This document shows, piece after piece, positions 1 to 10,228 of a stretch of DNA of 64,000 bases (its first letter is position 1; the number at the start of each line of letters is the position of its first letter). The position numbers and the translations under genes are program-made. Source of the stretch: Candidatus Latescibacterota bacterium (GTDB lineage Bacteria > Latescibacterota > UBA2968 > GCA-2709665); contig OZ250150.1 of NCBI GenBank assembly GCA_965237675.1, positions 4,704,001-4,768,000 on the forward strand, in the 5' to 3' direction. The notes under the pieces are model-generated. The model searched no databases, had not been told where the DNA came from, and saw only the letters and a list, made by a program, of their open reading frames with translations.

Positions 1-468
1 GGACGGTAGTTGAAGTAGTCCGTTACAGCCCCGGACGCGTCCCGGCAGAACGTGTCGGCGGCGACAAGAGCCGCTGAGGTCCGCTCGCGCAGGAGCCGAA
101 GGACGGCGCGGCAAACAGCATCGTCGACAAGCTCTCGACGACGTCCCTCGAAATGTGCCACGTCCGTATGCCCCATGTTGAACTTGAGAGCGATTCGGCC
201 CGCCTTTCGCAGCTTCTCCCAGGAGCGCGCCAGGGGGGCGGTCGCCCGTACCAGGTTTTGGTAGACCTCTTCGTCGGAGGCCCGGTGATCGCACTGTACT
301 GCACGAACGCTGAATTCATGGTTCATCACTATGCTCTCCTCGTGTGAACGGCGGTTGCGGGGGTGACCCATCAGAGTCTATTGCGTCCAAATCTAAACCG
401 GTGGTTCTGTCAAAAACAAAATCGGTGTTGACACAAACAGGTACGTAATGAGAAATACTCAGGCGCCT

Positions 469-810
469 TTAGTTTCCATCCATCTGCTGTGAGAGATCCA
501 CCAGAAGCTGCAACTCTGTCACCGACCCTCGGACCCATGTGTCCCTCTTGAAATTCTGGTGATATGCATCTATTCCGAACAATGACTCTTTTGCTACCTG
601 CTGTGCACGTTCGATATCCTCTGATCGCATGTAGGATAGCAGGTAGTCCTCGCCATTCAGGGAAAGAAGAAACCAGGACTCGACCTTTACCCCTTCGGTG
701 CGCAATGTGGATAGCGCTTCATCTCTTCGACGGTTGATACCGCTTGTCCACTCCGACACCCGGTCGCGCGAGTCTTCCTTAAGTTCTATCAGATAGGCCT
801 TAACGTCCAT
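469..810 (-). CDS. Small hypothetical protein (DUF6176-like)
   Basis: ORF MDVKAYLIELK...EGVKVESWFL...IDAYHQNFK. Confidence 0.6.
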   Translation of the reverse strand: MDVKAYLIELKEDSRDRVSEWTSGINRRRDEALSTLRTEGVKVESWFLLSLNGEDYLLSYMRSEDIERAQQVAKESLFGIDAYHQNFKRDTWVRGSVTELQLLVDLSQQMDGN

Positions 811-850
811 GGTCAACCCCTGTCGGCAATTCATACCATTTCGCATTTTA

Positions 851-903
851 CATATAACAACCAGGCTTCCTGAAGCGGCCGAAGCCGCAGTCCGTCGTTG
901 TGG
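851..903 (-). other. Degenerate attC-like site
   Basis: CATATAAC...GGCCGAAGCCGCAGTCCGTCGTTGTGG; shortened version of the consensus. Confidence 0.5.
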
Positions 904-924
904 CGGTCGTTCGCACGCAGACTT

Positions 925-1896
925 CTATTCGAGAAGCTTCACAACTGTTCTTCGGTCCCAGCCGCCTGGCGCCGGACCCTGGTATGCGGCGAGGATGTCC
1001 AACACCCTTGCCAGGGAGTGGAGTTTTAGAACCAACTCTTGCTCCACACTCAACATTCCATAAGCCCGCCAGAAACATTCAGATATTTCTGGTGTCGTGA
1101 GGAATACGCTAAGATAAAGATCCCTGGAGTCGGTAAATGCCGGAGCAATTTTGGCTTTTCCGAAATCGAGAACCGCCACCAGATTCAAGGTTTCCGGATC
1201 TACACGAAGATTATGCAACTGAAAGTCATGATGGACAAGGGCATCAACTTCCGCGGCTCCGAGAGAATCGGCCAGGTCGGTCCAGAGCGCAACGCAGCGA
1301 TCGAGGGTGTCATTCCCCAGCCAGCCTTGCTTCCGGAGAAGCCCGATAGCCCGTTCGAATCTGTTCTCCTCCGACTTCCGCCACTCGTTTCCGCTCATCG
1401 GGTCGCCGAGAATGGCGGCGGTATACGGCCCCAGAGGAATGGAGTGAAGGGCACGCAAATGACTCGCGCATTGAATAAGAATCTTCTCCTTGTCTTCGAC
1501 GTCTATCTCGCTCCAAACCCGGTCCCCATCGACGCCAGCCACGTACTCAATCAGAGCATGAGGATACGGGACAATGGCGTCACCCGATGAGACGTAGACC
1601 CAGGGTGGCGTCGGCACCGTAGATTCACGTTGGACCCATCTGACAACCCCTTCTTCCCTTCGCATCACGTCGTCGTCCGAGCATCTGACCCAAATCTTCA
1701 AAATCAGCAAGTCACGACCGGGCAACTCCAGCAAGAAGATGGCGTTCACTTCACCTCGCCTCAGCCGACGGATCGAGGTCGGTTTTGGGAGACCGGCTTT
1801 TGAACAAATCGCCTGCGCGATTGGGAGCGAAACATCATAGTTGACGAATTCCTGGTAGGTCAGGAGTGGCTTAGGGGCAGTCATCGGGTTCTTCAT
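925..1896 (-). CDS. Aminoglycoside phosphotransferase (APH/choline kinase) family protein
   Basis: LVHHDFQLHN and AVLDFG motifs. Confidence 0.8.
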   Translation of the reverse strand: MKNPMTAPKPLLTYQEFVNYDVSLPIAQAICSKAGLPKPTSIRRLRRGEVNAIFLLELPGRDLLILKIWVRCSDDDVMRREEGVVRWVQRESTVPTPPWVYVSSGDAIVPYPHALIEYVAGVDGDRVWSEIDVEDKEKILIQCASHLRALHSIPLGPYTAAILGDPMSGNEWRKSEENRFERAIGLLRKQGWLGNDTLDRCVALWTDLADSLGAAEVDALVHHDFQLHNLRVDPETLNLVAVLDFGKAKIAPAFTDSRDLYLSVFLTTPEISECFWRAYGMLSVEQELVLKLHSLARVLDILAAYQGPAPGGWDRRTVVKLLE

Positions 1897-2629
1897 CTGA
1901 TTCTTCGGGCGCGCTTCTGGATTCGACTATCTTTAGCAGATGGCTTGCAAGAATAACCATCTCAGCCGCTTCCTCAGCGCCTAAGAAGACGTTTCGATGG
2001 CTATGCGGATTCTTGTATAAGCCAATGGCTCCAGCAAACAAGCTTGAAAGGGCTTCACGTTCTGGGTTTTGTAGTTTTACATCGCGTAGTCGTCCAGACG
2101 TGTGGTGGAACGCATTGCGCATCAGTTTTGTCCCAATATCATTCTCTGAATACCCACCGCGCTTGCGTACAGCGATCTCAACCTCTTTAAAGGCATTAAA
2201 GACGGCCGTGTCGTACACGCCTCGTCTGAAGGAAGGCATCGAAGCCTGCGCAACATTCGGATGCAACATCCTTCTCGGAAGTAAGTCAGTACGTCTGTAA
2301 GCCGTATAGTCCGCGTGACTCTTGAAGCTCTTACCGCGGCGTGTAACGAAGAACCAGCCTTCCTCACTGCCGGGTTTAGGCGCCAACAGTCCCTCACGTT
2401 CCAGCCAGACCCATCCTTCCATCAGGACTTTCTTAATCTCATCGTCGTTGCATCCTGGAGAGTATTCCTCGATCCAGTGCGCGAGGCTGAAATTGTAGCG
2501 ACTCAACCCTTCGGTTTCCCTAGGATCTAGCGAGTTCAGATGTTCGAGGATAACGCCGCCAACTTCCTCCGGTTCCATCGATAGCAGGAGTTCTGGATCT
2601 GGAACAATATCGGGAATAGACTTGCTCAT
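1871..2629 (-). CDS. TIGR02391-like protein
   Basis: LHP...AVFNAFKEVE...IGTKLMRNAF...LFAGAIGLYKNPHSH signature. Confidence 0.75.
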   Translation of the reverse strand: MSKSIPDIVPDPELLLSMEPEEVGGVILEHLNSLDPRETEGLSRYNFSLAHWIEEYSPGCNDDEIKKVLMEGWVWLEREGLLAPKPGSEEGWFFVTRRGKSFKSHADYTAYRRTDLLPRRMLHPNVAQASMPSFRRGVYDTAVFNAFKEVEIAVRKRGGYSENDIGTKLMRNAFHHTSGRLRDVKLQNPEREALSSLFAGAIGLYKNPHSHRNVFLGAEEAAEMVILASHLLKIVESRSAPEESDEEPDDCP

Positions 2630-2708
2630 AGTCGCGGACCCCTACCGTTAGAGTGGCGTCTTGCGATTCTGGGTTCGAATCGACATCCACTCTTGATTTA
2701 GTGCTATC

Positions 2709-3614
2709 CTACAGCCTAATGTTCTTTGTTCTTAACTTCATTGATTGGATGGTATCGAACTGTTTGAGCGCTTCCCTCTTCCCTCGTTCACAAGATTGAT
2801 TAATGAGATCAAAAACGAGAGTTTGGATTCTTTCGTTTGTTTTCTGTACAAGGCCTTTGGCGAAGTCAGTATGATTCTGAAAGTTGTCTGAATCGGCGAC
2901 AATCATGACGAGTCGATCAAGATTCACCGTAGTGCTTCGCTTCATGGAGTAGTACGAATTGCGGTATTCATTGTCAAAGACTTGGACCCAATCGTCATTT
3001 GGTGAATGGCTCAGGACGAATTCTAGGTAATATGCTGCTGGGAAGTCTGGGGCTTTTCTGAAAGCGTTGTCATCGACTGATTGGATTGAGATTTCTGGGA
3101 ACTTAGATTTCTCTCTTTGCTTACGTGCATCCCACTCAATCTCGATCGCTTTTCGGGCACTTTTCCTAATCAGATCCCTCTCAGCGAGCCATTCAGAAGC
3201 CTCTTGGATGGATCCGTGAGCGACAGGCAAACGCGAACTGGAAATCAACTGACATGCTTCGTGTAGCTCATCTCTAAGCTTGGATTCGACGACATCTGGC
3301 CCTACGTCTGGCAGCGAATTTCGAATCTCATCCAGATTTTGAAGAACTCTTTTTTCGATCTCGTTGCTCTCCTTCAATTGTTCCTTATATAGCCTGATCT
3401 GATCTGGCGTGAATTCCTTATGGCGATGATAGCGGTGTTGATGGCAATTTGGACAGAGGACAATGAGATTCTCAGGCTCATCCGAACCGCCCTCCGCTCG
3501 TTCAACTATATGGTGAATCTCAAAGCATTTCTCTGCGCAGATTGTGCACCTATGACGCGCTTCTACGAGTAACCGGTCTCGTATTGACTTCGCTATTGAC
3601 ATAACAAAACTCAT
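2709..3614 (-). CDS. HNH endonuclease domain protein
   Basis: CTIC...EIHHI...GG...NLIVLCPNCH. Confidence 0.85.
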   Translation of the reverse strand: MSFVMSIAKSIRDRLLVEARHRCTICAEKCFEIHHIVERAEGGSDEPENLIVLCPNCHQHRYHRHKEFTPDQIRLYKEQLKESNEIEKRVLQNLDEIRNSLPDVGPDVVESKLRDELHEACQLISSSRLPVAHGSIQEASEWLAERDLIRKSARKAIEIEWDARKQREKSKFPEISIQSVDDNAFRKAPDFPAAYYLEFVLSHSPNDDWVQVFDNEYRNSYYSMKRSTTVNLDRLVMIVADSDNFQNHTDFAKGLVQKTNERIQTLVFDLINQSCERGKREALKQFDTIQSMKLRTKNIRL

Positions 3615-3710
3615 CCTCGCGTGAATTGAACTGATTTGTGATCAAGACACAGTACATTTCTCGGAATTTGGGATTGTTATGCAAAGATCCAGATCTGTTT
3701 TTTTCTTTTT

Positions 3711-3796
3711 CATCTACCGTCTTCGGTTTTCGAATTGCGAACTTGCCGATGTTTTGCAGACTGCCGAGGCGCAGCGCCGCAGAAAATGCGTTGTCT
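3711..3796 (-). other. Degenerate attC-like site
   Basis: CATCTACCG...TGCGAAC...GCCGCAG...GTTGTCT. Confidence 0.45.
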
Positions 3797-3825
3797 GAAT
3801 TCTAGAAGACATCGAACTACTGTGC

Positions 3826-4533
3826 CTAAGACATACTTGGCTTAAGACCAAGGTACTGAAGGAAAAATTGACCTTCTTGGGTTACAGAAAGTATTGAATC
3901 TTGGTCCTCCAGCATATTGAACTGAATTAGCACACCCAAAACAGCGTCACGTTGTTCCTTTGCTGGAATCTGTTGTTGCCAAATGAGATGGAAATTTTGT
4001 ACTGATTGGCTATGATTTGTCGAAAGCCAAAGTAGGATCTGCTTCGTTATTGGGACATAGAACAGGTTCAAATAGGAAAACTTCCACATGTAAGTGAGAT
4101 ATTGTGCATCACTGAGTTGCCTTTGAAGATCAACCCGCTGCGCTGAGGAAGTGGCGACACTTTGCTGGAGATCTTCGATATGTTTCCTAATTTGCCTCTG
4201 TTGTTCACTGGTCAGACTGATGCCTCCTTCCGGTGCACCGCCTGCAAGCTCGGAATTTGCAGGTCCAGCGGTTTGCGTTTGTAGGTTGCCGCCGGGAAAA
4301 GAAACGCTCCTTATGCTTCGCAGAAACACGTCAATTGCTTCCTTGAAGCGAGTAAGCACGAATATGGAGATCAAGGCAGCAACTGCAGGCCACGAAATCA
4401 GCAATCCAATAATCTTTACGGACGATTCCATTGACGGAGAATTGCGCCATAGAATGATAGGCAACCAGATGCACAAGAATGCAATGACCAAGATCTTTAC
4501 TGCGAACCCAACGATTTTTGTGATGAGTTGCAT
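3826..4533 (-). CDS. Hypothetical membrane protein (2 TM + coiled coil)
   Basis: Two N-terminal hydrophobic segments; ORF fills the cassette. Confidence 0.65.
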   Translation of the reverse strand: MQLITKIVGFAVKILVIAFLCIWLPIILWRNSPSMESSVKIIGLLISWPAVAALISIFVLTRFKEAIDVFLRSIRSVSFPGGNLQTQTAGPANSELAGGAPEGGISLTSEQQRQIRKHIEDLQQSVATSSAQRVDLQRQLSDAQYLTYMWKFSYLNLFYVPITKQILLWLSTNHSQSVQNFHLIWQQQIPAKEQRDAVLGVLIQFNMLEDQDSILSVTQEGQFFLQYLGLKPSMS

Positions 4534-4565
4534 GTGTCCCTCACGATATATTTGGAATCGATATC

Positions 4566-4650
4566 AGGTAACATCCTAGGCACCCGCAGGCCGTGTAGGC
4601 GTTTGCGCATCGAGGCGAAAGCCCCGTAGCCGTGGGTGCTGGTGTTACCT
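4566..4650 (-). other. attC-like site
   Basis: AGGTAAC...GCACCC...GGGTGC...GTTACCT. Confidence 0.8.
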
Positions 4651-4694
4651 GCCGTGTACGCTTAACGGATTTGGAGCCTGTGAGGACGAAGGGG

Positions 4695-5387
4695 TCAACC
4701 CACAGGCTTCACGAATTCGAGGACCATCAGGAATGGAATCGAATTCCCGCGATCTCGATTCAGGGCATTGGGGTCGGGGTTAATGTCTTTCAAGGATCTC
4801 AGAAGAAAGCCATTCTTCCCGAACACGTCGATGTATTCCTCCATCGTTCGGTGATAATAATATACCTCGACTCCCTTCCGCGCCAAACCCTGATAGATCA
4901 CTGACTCACCTGTGGCGAAGTAACGAGTGGCCTTCTCTCTCAGGACCGCCGAGTAGGGATTGTTGATGGAAAAAATCGCCCTCCCACCGCCGCGGCACAC
5001 AGCAGAGAGTGTGCGGACGAATCCTGCATAGTCGGGGACGTCATTCAACACGAGGTGAGAGGCGACGAGGTCGAAGGATTTCTCCAGGTCTGGCAGCGGT
5101 CTGCTGAGGTCATGGACCCTGTAGTCGATAGAATGATCAGGATCTTTCGCTCTTCCCAGTTCGACAAGCGGCGCACTGATGTCAATCGCACAGACTTCCG
5201 CTCCGCGACCTGCCAGGAGTCTCGCGACCAAGCCGTCGCCGCATCCCGCATCCAGGCAGCGAAGTCCCTGAACGTCACCGACGATGTCCAGGAATACAGA
5301 TAGTACAGGATCGCTGCCAACGTCCACATCTGAGACCATCGCCGAATACTGCTCGGCGAAGTCATCATAGGTGTTTCGATCGGTCAC
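4695..5387 (-). CDS. Class I SAM-dependent methyltransferase
   Basis: LDAGCGDG motif I. Confidence 0.85.
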   Translation of the reverse strand: MTDRNTYDDFAEQYSAMVSDVDVGSDPVLSVFLDIVGDVQGLRCLDAGCGDGLVARLLAGRGAEVCAIDISAPLVELGRAKDPDHSIDYRVHDLSRPLPDLEKSFDLVASHLVLNDVPDYAGFVRTLSAVCRGGGRAIFSINNPYSAVLREKATRYFATGESVIYQGLARKGVEVYYYHRTMEEYIDVFGKNGFLLRSLKDINPDPNALNRDRGNSIPFLMVLEFVKPVG

Positions 5388-5438
5388 TTCTTCAAGCCCT
5401 TCCGACTCCCGACAGGCCGGTCAAAGGCGGTGCAAGGC

Positions 5439-5528
5439 AGGAGACGTTTCGGTACCCCTGAACCGCAAGACGATTACCGAAGGCCAAAGCGCCCGAACGG
5501 CGCCGCAGCGCGAACCGACCGGTTATCG
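5439..5528 (-). other. attC-like site (left core degenerate)
   Basis: GGCAGGAGAC...GTTATCGGAC; both arms match the neighbouring cassette ends. Confidence 0.65.
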
Positions 5529-5538
5529 GACGTGTGCT

Positions 5539-5979
5539 CTACTTGCGAGCGTCCAATGACTCTACAAGTAGGTCAATCTTGTCGTCGTAATTGGCAACGA
5601 GCCTGGGAAGTGCCCGGACATTGGCCCAATAGAAATCGAATGGATGGATGAGAGTTCCGTCCTCCGAATGTTCTCCATGGCGCCAGGTTTCTTCTATGGG
5701 CCCGTCCACAGACAAATGAAAGAACCAGCGGCACTGCAGTTCATCACTCCCGCAATCCCGCATGTCGCGAGTATCCCGGGCGAGGAACCGTACATACCTG
5801 AGCCCCGTTAATCCCGTCTCCTCTTCTGCTTCTCGCATCGCCGCATCCTGAGGATTCTCTCCGGGCTCAATCGTTCCCGCGGGAACTTGAATGCCGGCCT
5901 CCGGCGCACCGGGTTGGGTGAAGAGGAGCAGGCGGCTCCCCCTCGTGATATAGGCGTAGGCTCTTTGACGGGTTTTCAT
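5539..5979 (-). CDS. NUDIX hydrolase
   Basis: GTIEPGENPQDAAMREAEEETGL Nudix box. Confidence 0.9.
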   Translation of the reverse strand: MKTRQRAYAYITRGSRLLLFTQPGAPEAGIQVPAGTIEPGENPQDAAMREAEEETGLTGLRYVRFLARDTRDMRDCGSDELQCRWFFHLSVDGPIEETWRHGEHSEDGTLIHPFDFYWANVRALPRLVANYDDKIDLLVESLDARK

Positions 5980-6015
5980 TGGAGTGGGGGTTAGAGAAAC
6001 CCTTGCCTCACATGT

Positions 6016-6062
6016 CCGATAAAATTCTCGGCACCCCCGAAGCCGGAGGCGCCGTGTTAACC
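6016..6062 (-). other. Short attC-like site
   Basis: CCGATAAA...CGGCACC...GGCGCCG-TGTTAACC. Confidence 0.6.
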
Positions 6063-6123
6063 GATGTGGAGGTCTGCCGGATCATCGTAGAGTTCAAGAG
6101 GCAATGATCGCCCCCTGATTTTT

Positions 6124-6429
6124 TCATTCATTTCCTGCCAGTACTTCTGACCAACGCCTGGCCATTGTCCACAATTCTTCCTCATGAACTGGCCAATCGT
6201 GGAGCGTGGAAGGATCAAAGTCAGCACCATTCGGCCAGACGAGTGCATGCACTTCAGAATCGATACGCACCTGATTAAAAAGCACTTCATCCATCAGAGG
6301 TCCGAACAACTCGCCCACAAGAACTGGTCGAAAATCGATAACCTGAGTCGTTTCATCGTTGAATCTGACACTGATCCGACGGGGCCCAACAATCTCAAAT
6401 GAAACGACTCGATAGATTGGATGACTCAT
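6124..6429 (-). CDS. DUF2442 protein (partner of DUF4160)
   Basis: GELFGPL...F...LVWPNGADFDP motif. Confidence 0.8.
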   Translation of the reverse strand: MSHPIYRVVSFEIVGPRRISVRFNDETTQVIDFRPVLVGELFGPLMDEVLFNQVRIDSEVHALVWPNGADFDPSTLHDWPVHEEELWTMARRWSEVLAGNE

Positions 6430-6440
6430 TCTATCCTCCC

Positions 6441-7002
6441 CTAATGAAGCGGATCGATCGGCAAGGGAGGATACCCGGATTGGAGCCGACCCCAATCTTC
6501 AAGTGGCTCCTCCTGATGCAACTCCGCCCAGGCTTCGACGAATCGTCGCTGACGGCGCTGCAATGCCCCTGCGATCAGTTCTATGTCATCCACAGCCACA
6601 ACTGTCCAAAATCTGCTTCGTTCTTGGACAACAGTGACATAAGGCAAAAAAGCTTATTTCGTGAACGACTGAATAGCTGCGAAAAACGCCAATATTTCGT
6701 ACGGACTGCAGACGTTTCTTCACCCACCCTTTGGCTTGTAGTCCTTCTGTGCCTTCTGTGCTTTTTGTGGCTATTGTCCCGCTCTACCAGTTTGCCGCGA
6801 AAAAACATTTGCCACAAAAGGCACAAAAACACAAAAGGTCACACGTGTCCGAAATCGGCTTCGTTCCTGGACAGCGGTGATCCACAGCGTAAACGGCAAG
6901 GTTATCGTGACAATAGGCATGAAAATTTGGCTGATAGCACTGTGTTCTCGGTTCGGCGAACATGCGAATGATGATTCCGAAAAACCGAGAAATTTCAGGC
7001 AT
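6441..7002 (-). pseudogene. DUF4160 protein split by a MITE
   Basis: MPEISRFFGIIIRM...AVYAVD joins in frame to DIELIAG...EAWAELHQ once the insert is removed. Confidence 0.8.
6597..6879. mobile_element. 283-bp MITE-like insertion
   Basis: 9-bp TSD ATCCACAGC (6588-6596, 6880-6888); terminal IRs CACAACTGTCCA / TGGACAGCGGTG. Confidence 0.8.
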
Positions 7003-7156
7003 CTGTTCTCATTTCGATATGGATTTTTTGGATGAAATCCTCCGGGAAATGTACCGAATTTCAAATGGACAAGCAAAATCCAAATTGGTAGGGATGGGAT
7101 TTTGCTGTTGCCCCTCAGAACTTCATCTACCAAAAACCCCTTCAATCCTCCATGTC

Positions 7157-7243
7157 CGCTAACGTCCGCCGGTTTGCGAACCCCGAGCCTGGGGAGAGGT
7201 TGCCGAAGGCCAAGGCGCAACAGCGCAAACCGCGCTGTCATCC
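7157..7243 (-). other. attC-like site
   Basis: CGCTAAC...GGTTTGCG...CGCAAACC...GTCATCC. Confidence 0.8.
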
Positions 7244-7819
7244 GACGTGAAGACAAACTATATGAGTATGTTTCGAAGCGCACCTAACGACGAAATAATC
7301 TGTACGCCATCTATACATGCTGTGCTGAAACCTGACTCAATATCAGAATTTTCGCTGCCAAAATCCCGGGCGGCCGGCTCGGTGCCCCTGCCTTTCCTAT
7401 CAATCAGAATTGGAGTCATTCCAATTGCTTTAGCACCTACGATGTCGTCCTCAACAGAATCGCCAATGAACGCAACGTCCTCGGCTACCATTCCAATCTT
7501 GTTCAGCGCCAGGGAGAAGATCCCTGAGTCAGGTTTTTTTGAACCTACCTCTCCCGATACTACAACAGCATCGAAATACTGCGTGAGTCCCAGTTCCCGT
7601 AGGCGACAATGCACATGGGGTGGATGATCGAAATTCGTGATTAGGGCCATTCGATGCGAGCCTCTCACATCATTCAGTAGGCTTTGGGCTTTAGGATCAG
7701 GAAAGGTGTGCCGTGACCAAGAGTCTACACTCCTTTCCGAAATGTCTGACATCTCTCGAGCTGTAAATTCGACTCCGAGCTGTTCTCCCAAAGCCCCAAT
7801 ACGTCGCTCATACAACGTT

Positions 7820-9633
7820 GAGTCCACTCCGAAAAGTCGAGTTTACTTATTGAGGAAAAAGTACTAAATTTCAAGGTGAGAAGAGGTTTCAAAGTTGCGG
7901 ACGTATAAAGGAAAAAGCGAGGGTATAGAATCAATGTATAAGAGAAGCGCGTCATGCAGCCAACCGGATCTGTTTTCGGGCTTCGAGTCGCATTTCAAGA
8001 GGCGCAAGCAGGACCAGTTGAATGATCCGAAGTCGTGGCATAATCTGTTTTACCAGCACGTCACGTCAAAGATAGAAGAGGATGTGTTTTCGGTGTTGTT
8101 TGATCCCAACCAAGGCCGCCCCAATGCGCCGATTCGTCACCTGGTGTCGATGATGATCTTGAAGGAGGGCTTTGGGTGGAGCGATGCCCAACTATTCGAG
8201 CATTGTCGGTTCAACATCCTGGTGATGCGGGCATTGGGGTTGATGAATCTATGCGATGAAGTGCCTGCGGAGTCCACGTATTATTTGTTCAAGCAGGCCT
8301 TGTATGCGGATCAACTCGAAGCCGGTCGAGATCTGATTGGAGAGACCTTTTCCAGCTTGACACAGACGCAGGCCAACGCCTTTGGTGTATTAGGTCAGCA
8401 CATCCGAATGGACAGTAAGTTGATCGGCTCTAACATTGCCCTGTGTTGTCGGTTGCAGTTGGTGGTGCGTTGCTTACAAGGGTTCTGGGGGTCGCTGGAC
8501 AAGGCCCAAAAGCGACGATCATCGGCAAAAAATCAGCAGGTTTTGGACGGATTGCTGAAGGTGAAGGCGCATCAGGTTGTCTATGGTCTCACCCGCGCTG
8601 AAAAGTGTGAGAAGCTGCAGGAATGCGGGCAGTTATTGAGCAGGCTTCAAGCGACCTATACCGACGAAGACAGCGGTCACTACGGTCTGATCGTGCGTGT
8701 TATGGGGGATCAATATACCGTTTTATCGTCCTCCAAACAGGTGCTTCCGAAGCCTCCTAAAGAGATCTCCTCATCCTCCTTGCAGTCTGCCGATGATGAA
8801 GATGCGACCTTTCGCAGGAAAGGGAAGGACAAGGTGAAAGGATACAGTGTCAACCTCACCGAGACCTGTGGTGAGGACGGCCTCAATTTGATCACGGACG
8901 TTGACGTCAAACCGGCGACGACGCCCGACAATGCGTTTGTACAAGCGGCCATCGAGCGGACGCAACAGGTCGTGGGTGACGCCTTGGAAGTGTCAATGGA
9001 TGGGGCCTATAATGATCAATCCAACGCCGAGTATGCAAAAGAACAGGACAAGCAATTCTATTACAGTGGCCTGCAAGGAACCCCAGGACGTTTCATTTAT
9101 GAACGCACAGAAGATGGCGTCACCGTCATCGATCAACAAACCGGAGAGGTTCACATAGCCCAAGAATACAAACCGGGAAAATACAAAATCATCATGGATG
9201 GCAAACCCCGATACTTTAAAGAACAGCACATCGACAATTACCTCAAACGCAAACAGATTGAAGCCCTGCCTGACCACATCAGAAACCGACGCAATAACGT
9301 CGAAGCCAGCATCTTTCAGTTGAGCTACTACACCAAAGATGGCAAGACGCGCTATCGCGGACTGAGGCCACACCAATTGTGGGCGCACTGTCGCGGCTTA
9401 TGGGTCAACCTCGTTCGGATCAAGAACTACCTCGCAACACCTCCGATGCTCCCCGCATAAGGGGGGGTTTCTTGCAAAAACCTCCATACCATAGGCCCTG
9501 AGCAACTTCGTAGGTTGCCCCTGAGTTGATTTGCCGCACCTACACGTTATATCGTCGCCACACGCTAAATCACAATACCCAACCCTGACCACTTACATCA
9601 GGCCTTTATAACCCCCGTTTTCGGAGGGGACTC
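7820..9633 (+). mobile_element. Insertion sequence (DDE; IS5/IS1182-like, family uncertain)
   Basis: TIRs GAGTCCACTCCGAAAA / TTTTCGGAGGGGACTC enclosing a transposase. Confidence 0.85.
7934..9460 (+). CDS. DDE transposase with DUF772-like N-terminus
   Basis: GRP..P.....MMILKE..GWSD; RMDSK; MDGAY; RNNVEA. Confidence 0.85.
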   Translation: MYKRSASCSQPDLFSGFESHFKRRKQDQLNDPKSWHNLFYQHVTSKIEEDVFSVLFDPNQGRPNAPIRHLVSMMILKEGFGWSDAQLFEHCRFNILVMRALGLMNLCDEVPAESTYYLFKQALYADQLEAGRDLIGETFSSLTQTQANAFGVLGQHIRMDSKLIGSNIALCCRLQLVVRCLQGFWGSLDKAQKRRSSAKNQQVLDGLLKVKAHQVVYGLTRAEKCEKLQECGQLLSRLQATYTDEDSGHYGLIVRVMGDQYTVLSSSKQVLPKPPKEISSSSLQSADDEDATFRRKGKDKVKGYSVNLTETCGEDGLNLITDVDVKPATTPDNAFVQAAIERTQQVVGDALEVSMDGAYNDQSNAEYAKEQDKQFYYSGLQGTPGRFIYERTEDGVTVIDQQTGEVHIAQEYKPGKYKIIMDGKPRYFKEQHIDNYLKRKQIEALPDHIRNRRNNVEASIFQLSYYTKDGKTRYRGLRPHQLWAHCRGLWVNLVRIKNYLATPPMLPA

Positions 9634-9639
9634 AAGTTT

Positions 9640-9834
9640 GAGTCCACTCCGAAAAGTGAGATTCGCGTGATTTTCTTCCAATTTGGATCAGGAACGGCCA
9701 TTTTCAACAAAAGCTATATCCCCATAAATCATTATATATCATAGTGTTATATCAAGTATGATTTTGATTTACTTCTGAGTGAAACACCAACTTGGACCTC
9801 GTCAGAGTGGATTTTGACTTTTCGGAGGAGACTC
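9640..9834. mobile_element. 195-bp MITE with the same TIRs as the adjacent IS
   Basis: GAGTCCACTCCGAAAAGT...ACTTTTCGGAGGAGACTC; outer 6-bp TSD AACGTT at 7814-7819 and 9835-9840. Confidence 0.85.
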
Positions 9835-10055
9835 AACGTTAGCTCTTTGGCGCCATCCATTGGGGGTTCCGGTTTGCTGAAGAATCCAGTGCAGATTGTT
9901 CGAAGGTAGTCTTTCTCGACCTTCACTCCAAATTCCGTCAGTGACTCACGGATGGAGTCAAACCACTCTTCCCAGGCCATCTTCATGTCCCCGTAAACAA
10001 GGATCGTACCATAAAGGTCAAAGAAAAGACCACTAAATCTGTGCGTTTTCATGTT

Positions 10056-10145
10056 GGATAACGTTCTGGCCACTTACGAACCCGCGCAGCGGGTTGCCAA
10101 TGGCCGAAGGAGTGTAGCGACAGAAGCGCAGAGGCGGTGTTAAAT
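10056..10145 (-). other. attC-like site
   Basis: GGATAAC...AACCCGCGCAGCGGGTT...GTTAAAT. Confidence 0.8.
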
Positions 10146-10228
10146 GACGGCAGCGCGCCCCAAAGGAGCGAAGCCGTAGAATGGCTGACATACAACGCAC
10201 ATCATTGGAGTATTGTCTTGCTCTGAAA

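Larger units (their letters stand above)
7258..10052 (-). pseudogene. HAD-family hydrolase interrupted by IS + MITE
   Basis: FFDLYGT at the N-terminus; KKPD and FIGDS..DD motifs; removing the insert restores ELTLYER in frame. Confidence 0.85.

Noticed and set aside
1-350. Short ORFs at the left edge
   Set aside because: Overlapping short frames without motifs, truncated by the window edge
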